Shown here one piece after another: positions 54,237 to 64,000 of a DNA stretch of 64,000 bases. The DNA comes from Eledone cirrhosa (Eukaryota), in assembly GCA_964016885.1 (NCBI GenBank), contig OZ024742.1, forward strand, positions 69,192,001 through 69,256,000, given 5' to 3'. Within the stretch, counting starts at the first letter, position 1. Each line of letters opens with the position of its first letter. The translations under genes and the position numbers were made by a program. The notes below the pieces were generated by a model, which worked only from the letters and a program-made list of their open reading frames with translations, was not told the DNA's origin and made no database searches.

Positions 54237-56671
54237 CGCAGGTTCTCAACCTTTTGTCCCCTCGAAATCACGAAACGCCCCCCACCCTATTTTTCCATTT
54301 TTCAATATACTATTGATTTTGATATCAATAGATTACTAAAAAATTGATTAACAATATTCCAACGATACCATTGCAGGCAGTTGAGAGTATAAATACATTC
54401 CTTGAAAGGAAGTATATAAATTTCAAAGAAAGGGAACATAAATGTTCTTTTTGATGAATAAGGACCAGTTGAATGTATTATATTCCCACCAGGCGATACC
54501 AGCTATTTTGAACATTTATACAAGAGCAACTCTGTCTATCCAAAGAGTGCTCTTATCTGGAAGAAAGTGGCAATTATATCATTTCAAAGCTTTCCAATTT
54601 TTCCTTTAATGAAACGGACAGAATAAATGTTGGTATCAAACTTGATGTCCCCTCCACTTTGTGAGCTTAGAGACCACGGAGGACGGTTTTCATGACCACG
54701 TAAGAGGATATATTTATTAGGAAATGGTAAAAATATATACAACAAATGAGTAAGTGAATTGTGGTAGATGGTTTCCAGTCCAATCAGACTGCAACTACAA
54801 ATAAACAAAATATTAGTTTGCTTCTTAACAATAGTATATCCAAATTTTCGGATAAATCGACTTACTTTAACTTTGACCTCATTTCAATGGGACCCTTGAG
54901 CTTCATGGAGTCTAGCTAACTCTTTGACGTCAGGCTGGATTTTCGTAAGATGTAGCCGGAGATCTCCACGTGTAATTACATTGTAGCGGTTGAGAGCCTT
55001 ACTGTGCAGTCTGGAAACGGCGCCAAACCACCTCTCTACTAAGTATGAGCATGGAAAAAGCAGAGCAAATCTCTTAGCCTTTGCATGTAGAAGTGGAAAT
55101 CGACGCTGAATTTCCTCTTGCATTCAAAAAAAGGGCTCACCTATTTTGGAAAATCTAATTTTGATCATGTCATCTGTTTGAAGTTCAATGAATTCTTCCT
55201 GAAATTTAATGTCCAAATCGTCGACGTTAGCTATCCACATTGGGATGTCCATCTGCAAAAGATCGACAAACCGTTCTCGCATGTTGTCTTGTAGGTCACG
55301 AAGGTGAGTGGTATAAATTTGGAGTTGGTCATCGCTCACAATGTTTTGAGCATTGGTGACACTAGGAAAACTATAGAATTCCCGTCGACAAAGATTCCTT
55401 TCAATGACATTCAATTTGGCCAGGAATGATTTCACAGCATTCCTTGCTTTAAGCAAGGTGATCTTCTTCCCCTGCAAAGACATAATGAGGCTATTGCATT
55501 TGTCGAAGATGTCGCGGGTTTTCTTGTACAGTTCTGTGTTGTGTCCTCGAAGAAACTCAATGATACAGTCGAATAGTTCCAAGAAGCAAGTAAAGCACTT
55601 GCCTTTTGAAAGCCACCTCACTTCAGTATGAAGGAGCAATTCGACGAATTCTTCGTCATTATCTTCGCATAGTTGCCGGAAAATTCGTTCACCGAGGGCA
55701 TGGCGTTTGGTAAAATTGATGACATCAATGGCCACCCGCAAGGACTTGCTCAGCGGCTCGATGAGTTTCTTCGCAGCCAAGTGTTGTCAATGAATGACAC
55801 AATGAACAGCAAATACAGATGGATTTTCTCTCTTCAGAAGAGTGACGAAACCCTTATGTTGGTCGACCATTGCTCTTGCGTCGTCCGTAGCACATGATAC
55901 AATATTGTTAAGAGGTTTAGCTTTTTCTTCAAGGTATCCCTTGACAGATTCAAAGATGGTGGCACCTTTAGTATCTGTGGCTAGATTGAGAGTGAAGAGA
56001 AGCTCCTCGAGAATTTCGTTTTCGTGGAAAAATCGCACGTATCCCAGTAGTAAGGACTGATTCCCGGAAAGCGTGCTTTCATCAAGTTGCAAAGCAAATT
56101 GTGTCGATTTCAAGAAGCTGCATAATTTGTGTTCAACATTTTCTGCCATTTCGTCAATGCGTCTCCTTATTGAGTCGTTACTCAGCGGAATACATTTCAA
56201 GGTTTAACGGGTTCTGATGTAGTACTGTTGAAAGAACTTCTGAGATTACAAGAAATACCAATGTTTCACCCAAGGAATGAGGCTTGCCACACTTTGCGAT
56301 TATGTTGGCAATGTTATAAGATGCGACAAGTCCATCAACTTTTGAAGCTTCAACTTTTGAAAAGGCAGAAGAAATCCGTGTTTTTTTCTGAAATTGGTCC
56401 CTAAGAGTCTGAAAGTGGGCTAAATCTTTATATCTCTTATCGGGGTGCCTGATCTTCAGGTGTCTACTCAAACGCGACGGCTTCATCGCCTCATTCGAAA
56501 AGGACTCCTTGCAAATTAAACATGAGTGACAGGTGGTTCGACGGCGATGGGATGAATCCGAATACTGCCTGCATTTTTTCTTCATTGCTACATTATCTGT
56601 TTATCGAATGTGTTTGGTAAAATCACGCAAAGGAGGAGTGGGGGGCATATGCCCCCCGTTGAGAACATTTG
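54237..56671 (-). mobile_element. hAT DNA transposon, Buster/Charlie group, full length but defective
   Basis: Imperfect 14-bp TIRs CGCAGGTTCTCAAC / GTTGAGAACATTTG and an 8-bp TSD TTATAAAT / TTATAGAT (NNNTANNN). Confidence 0.9.
54884..56585 (-). pseudogene. Buster-type hAT transposase, frameshifted
   Basis: BED finger CLIC..MKPSRLSRHLKIRH, LSNDSIRRRI, FALQLDEST, ATDDARAM, HCVIH, HTEVRWLSKG, SYLVERWF and RGDLRL. Confidence 0.92.
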
Positions 56672-57145
56672 TTATAGATTGTTGATGTTAGCTTTGTAAT
56701 TACAAAGCTCCAGATTGACTAACATCAACAATCTATAAGATTCTGAATAACATGAATAATTTATTCCGGACATCCACAGTTATCTCCCTTACATGGATCA
56801 ATCGTAGGTTTAACTCACCCAGGAGAAGTGACTGCTTCTGCGCATGCGTATTTGTACGCTTGTTTTTTTTCCTTTTCCGTACACCTTCATTCAGACCGAG
56901 CTGAGGATCCGCATAAGGTGAAACATTTGTTCTCGGTATGGTGTCTCCTGTGAATAATTTTTTTGTTTTTTTTTTGCGACCTTTTATCTTCCACAAACAC
57001 TTTGCCCAGGAGGAGAATTTTCTAAGTGCAAAACCATGACCGTAGGTGGCCTACAATATATTATATATATAAATATATATATATATATACTCTGGATACC
57101 TAAATATGGAATGTTACGCGATGCCCCCCCCCCCCACACACACAC

Positions 57146-57480
57146 ACCCAGCGGACACGATGGAGAAGGCGTTCCCGCGGAACGGGAAGATGGTCATGCC
57201 ATCTGGCCTTTTAACGTCCCCTCGGTCCAGCCCCACTGGCTCGAGCTGGGAAGGGAAGGCCGCAGCGTCTAAGCGATGCTTTATGACCTCGTTGAGGGCA
57301 GCATGGCGTGGAAGGCTATCGGCACTGTGGCGACAGGAAAGCGGGTGGAGGCCGAAAGATTCCACGGTGGATCCGCAGCGACATTGGTGTGGCTCGCAGA
57401 TCCGGAGGCCGAGCCTCAAGGAAACGCCGATGCGCAGGCTAACTGTTGTGGAACTACTTCTACCAAACTCCTCCCATGGA
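57146..57480 (-). mobile_element. CRE-like non-LTR retrotransposon fragment (zinc finger plus RLE, internally deleted)
   Basis: RLGLRICEPHQCRCG..GLHPLSC..RHAALN..EPVGLDRGDVKRPDG. Confidence 0.85.
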
Positions 57481-58262
57481 CTGAGTGCTCTACTACTAGT
57501 GTTCTATCATCATGTATATATATTTCTTTCGCACCCTTGGTCAGGCAGGTCGCTTTTTTTCTCTCTCTCGTCTACGATTTCACAGAACTTACGTTCACAG
57601 AATTCACAGTCTAGATCCCTTCTTCCTCCCGTTAGACCTGTACGGAATTCCTTCCTTGCTCACATTCCAACTAGGTTTGATGGTCTTTATTCTCTCTCGT
57701 TCACGATTTCACCGAACTTATATTCATGGAAATTTGGGACTTGACTCCTTCTTCCTCACTTTTCGTTGCTACACCATCTTTGTTTGTTTACACTCTCGTG
57801 TCCCCTTTATTTACGTGTCCCAACGACTTTTTTAGCCGTTGCTCGCACCAACCGGAGGTATATGGTCTTTAAAGCGATGAAATACCAATGATGGTTGGAA
57901 GATCACTGATGAAGGACTAACTTTATTCATATATATATATATATATATTCTTCACATCGCCAATCATGAGCTCCGTATTCGATCTCACTGCGTGTCGTTT
58001 TATCATAGCCTCGAATCCACCGCAGTCAGTGAAAATGGGTTGAGAGAAACTTTGTGGAAACTCATTTGTTAAATGAATTAACTAGAACTATGTGATTTCT
58101 CTCCCTCGATTGTTACTGAGGACTAGAACGCCCCACAAATTTACTTCGGTTTTGAAATTACGATAACAGTCTCAGTTGATCGATGCTTTTCCCTTTCGCC
58201 ATATTTTGATTGCGAGACTCTCTGTCTTTCGCCCCCCCCCTCTCTCTGACTATCTCTCTCTG

Positions 58263-58347
<85 letters not shown>

Positions 58348-58807
58348 ATTCAGTTTATTCCTGTATTAGTCATGTATGGGGTTCTATTGCCATCTTTTCA
58401 GCATAGCATTCTGGAGATTGTTTTTCAATTTATATTTTATCATTTTTAGAGTTTCTGTTATTTCCTTATTTTTTTTTTTTTAAATAATTATCTGTCAATT
58501 CGGCTTCTTTTGAATTTGCTGGTTTTCTTGAAGACACATTTGTTTTCATGTTTTCATGTTCTTTGTATTTAGTTTTCATTACTTTTCAATAGTTATTTTT
58601 GTAATCCTACAGCAGTTTGTTTAAAAGAATTTTCTAATTGCATAAGGCCTTTTTTTCCGCGTGTTCGTGGTAGGTATGATATTTCTAAATCTGATTTGGG
58701 GTGGCGTATTCTAAATGCAGTCATTTTTTATCATGTTTTTTTGATAGTCCTTTAGTGTCCAATTAGTGTCCAATTCAGAATAAAGAAATTGTTTTTATCA
58801 TTATACA

Positions 58808-59450
58808 GGGCGGTTAGGGCGGTAGATTGACAGTAACGGTAGAGCGTCGGATAATATGCGTTATGGCATATGGTTACGCCTCTTTATGATCTGACTTCAA
58901 ATCCCGCCAAGGTTAACTTTGCCTTTCATCCTTACGGGGTCGATAAAATAAAGAACCAGTAATGCACTGGGGGACTATTTCCCCTCTCCCCTAAAATTGC
59001 TGGCCTTGTGCCTAAAGTAGAAACAATTATTATACAAAGCGGTAGATTGGCACTATCGGTAAAACGTGGTTTGGCAGTATCGGTAGAGCGTCAGACACCA
59101 TGTTTTGCAGCATAGTTATAGCCCTTTGTGTTCTGAGTTCAAAACCGCCGAGTTTAAATTTGCCTTTCATCCTTACGAGGTCGATAAAATAAAGTACCAG
59201 TGGTGCACTGGGGTAATCGCTGGCCTTGTGCTAAAAGTAGAAACACTATCGGTAAAACGTGGGACAATATGTCTTGTGGCATTTAATTAAGGCTCTATAT
59301 ATTCTGAGAACAAATCTCGGCTTTCATCTTTACGGGGTCGATAAAATAAAATATCAGTTATGCACTGGGGTCTATTTAATCGACCCCCCCCCCCCCCCAA
59401 AAAAAAAAAATGTGGCCTTGTGCCTAAATCTGAAACCATTATTATTATTG
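58808..59450 (+). mobile_element. Head-to-tail cluster of three Meta-domain SINE units
   Basis: Meta core at ~58915, ~59160 and ~59320, each followed by GGCCTTGTG..GAAAC. Confidence 0.85.
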
Positions 59451-59867
59451 ATAATTGAATCGGGAAGATGTGCTATTGAGAACTGCTATTTAAATCGTTC
59501 TGTTAGAATGTTTTGTTATGGTCTACCACCACCACCAGTATTACTAACACCAATACAGACTCTACCACTACCGTCAACAACAACTACAACATCAAGAGCA
59601 GTAACAATAACAGTAAAGCTAGCACAAACAGCAACAACAAAATCCATTCTATGAAACTATTCATCCAGAGCACCAAAACAAAAACACAAACAAAAACAAA
59701 AACAAATAAACATAATAAAAAACAGCAACATAAACACTAATACTACTTCTGCCACCCCCACAACCACCAACTCCACCACAACAATCACACAAATCAGAAT
59801 ATGAACAGCAACTATACAAGAAGCAACAACAACAGTAGATCCCTCACAATCAGCTGTTACCTTCGCC

Positions 59868-60365
59868 GTGACAACGAAAGATACAGAAACCATAATTGTC
59901 AACGAAAATGAAATAAGGGAGGCTAAGCAAATACTAAAGAGGAGGAATCACATAGTAAACCTCCCACACCCACATGGCGTGCTGGAAAACGCGCAACATT
60001 GTACAGTAGCATACCGTACAGTGAAATCACGCTGGGTGGAGCGCTCCACCGAGTCCCAGATCCAAAAGGCTTTGGGTTACGTACGGGAACGTAAAATTCA
60101 TATCGCCCGAGGCAGGGGATTTGGGACAGTTGTCGTATTTGCAAAACCAACAGTGGAAGCCAGACGTCACTCCGTCACGCATCTGAGGAGTGAAGAGCTG
60201 ATTTTGCAGTCAACGAATAATGGCCAAAGACTAGTAAAGATAAAGAGACACGGGTGCCACCCACAATAGCTATTCAAAGGCTAATGGGAGCAGTGCTCAT
60301 GGACGTTGGGGGCAGCACGCAAAATCTAGAAGTAAAGAAAATCAAAATGGAAAACTGGTTAGGAT
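59868..60365 (+). pseudogene. Possible degenerate ORF1 of a non-LTR retrotransposon, preceded by an (ACA)n-rich tract
   Basis: A 133-aa ORF of natural-looking composition (TVAYRT, RGRGFGTV, GQRLVKIK..P) follows a Thr/Asn-rich tract. The family assignment is inference only. Confidence 0.35.
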
Positions 60366-61315
60366 CGGGGTGACACTACTAATCTAAATAAATCAAGACG
60401 AGAAGTTTTTGAAATTTAATGTGTAACGGGCGTATCAGTGATTCTACTATTTGTAGAATCCCTCGCTCACAGACAGATGTATGTGGATGATGTTTAATTT
60501 CAGCCTTGGTAAATTTATGTCCGGAAGAAAAACGTTGATGAGAGCAAATTTCTAGAAGTTTGGTGATCTGAGAAGAAAAGACTGGCAAAGTATTTTATAC
60601 TGGGTTTGTGAGATGAGGCAGTGTAGAACTAACCACAGGAAAAGAAATGGATGCATCAGGTAAACTTATGTAGCGGTGGTAGATGGAAAGTTTTTGTTTT
60701 ATGTTTAGTCAGGGGGGGGGGGGGTTGAAGGGACGGATGGAGGAACCCATTCTTAAACTGGATAATGGCTTGAATGGTTGCAACAGACTAGACTACGCTA
60801 AAAGCACCCAAGAGTCATGTGATGGTGTTAAACTAGATGATGAGTTAACCAGTACCGCAAGCAAGTTACTTTGTCTTACATTTTATCGCCTTTGACTTTG
60901 AATGATAAGTCAATAGAAACAGAATATGTTGTATGAGCAGGTGAAGCAGTAACTGTAATATGTTGGTTACTATATGACAATAAGCAGGCTGGCGTATTTC
61001 ATTTTGGGGGTCTGTCCAGGACAAAAGTACACTTAGTAGGCCATATGCTAAGTTCGAAATATCAAAGAGTTGTATTGTAAAATGTACAAGTACTAAGATA
61101 AGGCTGAAAAAAATTATCTTTTTTAATTTTTAGGAATAGTCTAATATTTATAAATGCTTTTTAGAACCAGATTTACACTTAACATTATACCATTGAACCT
61201 GATGTCATCTACCATTACATTAAACAAAAAATGTTTTGTTTAATTATGCTGCTGCTAAATATTCAGTTACATATACCTTTCAAGATGTAAGCTACAAATC
61301 AAGTATATATATATA

Positions 61316-62643
61316 TATTAATACAATAACAGAGATAGTTTAAAGCTAATCTCTGACTGGTAACCATCTCACTCAACAAACATTAGGTTATATTTTAATA
61401 TAAACCCAATTTAAGTGTTTGGGGTGCTAACAATATGTATTAGGTGGAAAAGCCAGTTGTATTATTTTATGAGATATAATTAAAGTTAAAATATATCTCT
61501 CTTTCCAAACAATTGTTTCATTATAAGTTTTCTACAAATTCGGAGAATATTTCCAGTTTATGTAGAAGCCTAATATACATTCATGTAAGAATATATTTAG
61601 GTGGGCGCTTATAAATCATCAGTGGAAGCCCATTAAACTTTGATATAAGAAAAACATTTCTTACCACAGTTAAAAATCGTGTCTGTTAAGTTGCTCCTTC
61701 CCGCATCGAATGACCGGCAAATTTGAAATTCCAGCAGTTTTTGACTGAGGAAGTATTATAGCGTCACTAAGCGGGAAGGGGAGACAACTACGATCCAAGA
61801 AAAAAGGAAAAAAAATAATATACACGCGGGTTAATCAATTTTTTCGAAAACATTATCAATCCAACGTGTTAAGAACTCAATTGAAATTAAAAAAATAAAT
61901 ATATGCGTGTATAAATTACACACGCATATAGATATTTTCTTAGGCTAAAATCAGAGGTTGTACCTGAATAAGAAACCGCATCTCCTAACCGTAGTAAATA
62001 CGGAAAGTTATGCTTTAAAGGGCAAATGGGAATGTAAATCTCCGGCCGAATTAAGAGTAAAATATAAAACACACGCGGGTTAATTAGTTATTTCAAAACT
62101 AATATCAATTCCTCGTGTAAAGAACTCAATTAATTAAAAAAAATAAATGTATGCATGTAATTATATACATAGGCATATATATATTTTCTTAGGCTAAAAA
62201 ACAGAGAAGTTACAACCAATAAAAACCACAATATCGCACAACAGTAATAAATACGGAAAGTCAAATTTATAAGGTACCTGGAAATAAACACCTCTGGCCA
62301 ATCAAGAGTAAAATATTAATACAATAACAGAGATAGTTTAAAGCTAATCTCTGACTGGTAACCATCTCACTCAACAAACATTAGGTTATATTTTAATATA
62401 AACCCAATTTAAGTGTTTGGAGTGCTAACAATATGTATTATGTGGAAAAGTCAGTTGTATTATTTTATGAGATATAATTAAAGTTAAAATATATCTCTCT
62501 TTCCAAACAATTGTTTCATCATAAGTTTTCTACAAATTCAGAGAATGTTTCCAGTTTATGTAGAAGCCTAATATACATTCATGTAAGAATATATTTAGGT
62601 GGGCGCTTATAAATCATCAATGGAAGCCCATTAAACTTTGATA
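61316..62643 (-). mobile_element. ORF-less element with ~325-bp direct repeats, each containing a giant-stem-II HHR (retrozyme-like)
   Basis: Repeats 61316-61645 and 62314-62643 are nearly identical. HHRs at 61503-61627 and 62501-62625 are 998 nt apart, and an internal ~250-bp tandem duplication spans 61821-62315. Confidence 0.8.
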
Positions 62644-62652
62644 TATATATAT

Positions 62653-63304
62653 ATAATAAAGTATGAATTCCTACGTGTAAAAAATACATATAGGGAAACA
62701 AGTATTATCCCACCGTATTCCAATGTGGTTCTATGGCGGGTTAATAAATTAACAAGCCAGAACATATAAAATCAAGGTCTAGCAAATAGAGAAAAAGTTT
62801 TTAAATAAATTTAAAAAAAATTCGCTGTACTTACTATATGTGCCTTTACCGCGGTTTCATGCTCCAGAATAAACGGAGAATCCAAGCGGATTTCCATTGA
62901 GAAGGGAGCAATCTTCAGAAGGCTCTTCTCCCTCGGAGAATATAAAATTACCGAGTTCAAATCACAAACTGACGCCATACAAAACCATTCCTAAATGAGA
63001 GCGGATGATGAAAGAAATAATTCTGTCTGGTGCCGGGTGCAAAGACAAAAGGCAGGGTGGACAGGTCAATGTCCTGCCACTAGAAATAGCAGCAGTCCAA
63101 ACGGCCAAAATTTTATCTCTACCTTAAGGTGAGATCAATAATAATAAAGTATGAATTCCTACGTGTAAAAAATACATATAGGGAAACAAGCTTGGAATTT
63201 CCGTTTATTCTGGAGCATGAAACCGCGGTAAAGGCACATATAGCAAGTACAGCGAATATTTTAAAAATTTATTTTAAAACTTTTTCTCTATTTGCTAGAC
63301 CTTG

Positions 63305-63313
<9 letters not shown>
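62653..63313. repeat. HHR element combining a 50-bp direct repeat (62653/63141) and a ~125-bp inverted repeat (62764-62887/63190-63313)
   Basis: The minus-strand HHR at 62842-62923 reads GCCUU-CUGAAGA-UUGCUCC...GGAGCAU-GAAA-CCGCGG-UA-AAGGC. Confidence 0.85.
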
Positions 63314-63372
<59 letters not shown>

Positions 63373-63589
63373 CAATGTTACAATATTTTTTACTGTAACT
63401 ATCCTTTTATATAGTGTTTTCAATAGAATATAATACTTATATATATACATATGAATCACTACCTCCCTATGGACAACTGACGCTGCACACCGGGTTCAAA
63501 CACAGAAGAGCCAAACTCCCACTGTCATCGCCTCCATCTCTCTCATCCTCCCCATCTCCCTGTATTATGAGCAAATGGGGTCCCATATG

Positions 63590-64000
63590 CTGGCCGCCTC
63601 ATGGCCCCGGTGGACAGAATGGAGAAAGCGTTTCTCCGGAGGGTGGTAAGGGAGATGCGCTGGAAGAGCCATTCCAATTCACGAGGCTCACACCTGCGGC
63701 TAGGCAGCTCAACGCCTTTGGTGGTAAGTAGGGAGGTAGCCCTAGGGCCAAGGACACCAAAACTCTCCACTGCTAGGGCCTCGACCGCAAAACTGTCAGA
63801 GAGCAAACCACAATTGGAGAGTCTACCCGCCTCAGCCCGAAGTGCAGCAGAATATGGGTTAGTCGCAGACTGCACCAGGTTGCGGCTGGAGAATATGTCG
63901 CTACAAGTGGTATCCTAGACGAGGGGTTTTCCACCGCGGAAAGGGAAGATTGTCATACCGTCTGGCCTTTTGTCGTCGCCTCGGTTCAGCCCCACCGGCT
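63590..64000 (-). mobile_element. CRE-like non-LTR retrotransposon 3' end (RLE), running off the window
   Basis: PVGLNRGDDKRPDGMTIFPFRGGKPLV*D, EALAVESFGVLGP and LFQRISLTTLRRNAFSIL. Confidence 0.85.

Larger units (their letters stand above)
53999..56943. repeat. Fold-back HHR element split by a hAT insertion (arms 53999-54223 and 56716-56943)
   Basis: Arms are diverged reverse complements. The HHR ACCGAG-CUGAGGA-UCC GCAUAA GGU-GAAA-CAUUUG-UU-CUCGGU lies at 56895-56937 (+) and 54005-54047 (-). Confidence 0.85.

Noticed and set aside
54884-56585. Domesticated ZBED5/SCAND3-type host gene
   Set aside because: Multiple frameshifts plus retained TIRs and TSD show a decayed transposon.

Overview
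Repeat-dominated eukaryotic genomic DNA, most likely from a cephalopod (octopod-like, inferred from the tRNA-derived Meta-domain SINEs, the abundant (TA)n/(CA)n tracts and the TE mix). Only one host gene is clearly supported: two minus-strand exons (38203-38791 and 36086-36253) encoding a signal peptide, four EGF-like repeats, a transmembrane helix and the start of a cytoplasmic tail. The rest is nested mobile DNA: Tx1/L1-like, R4/Dong, RTE and CRE-like non-LTR retrotransposons, many Penelope-like element (PLE) fragments, non-autonomous Helitrons, a Buster-type hAT with TIRs and TSD, a Sola2-like fragment, and SINEs. The most striking unannotated signal is non-coding. About 20 type I hammerhead-ribozyme (HHR) motifs from many unrelated families occur, several with greatly enlarged, branched stem II domains. 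They are arranged either as ORF-less direct-repeat units (retrozyme-like, 491-nt and 998-nt periods) or within the roughly ten fold-back/palindromic insertions at (TA)n tracts. One fold-back carries two back-to-back tRNA-like cloverleaves. All calls were made by eye; none was checked against a database.
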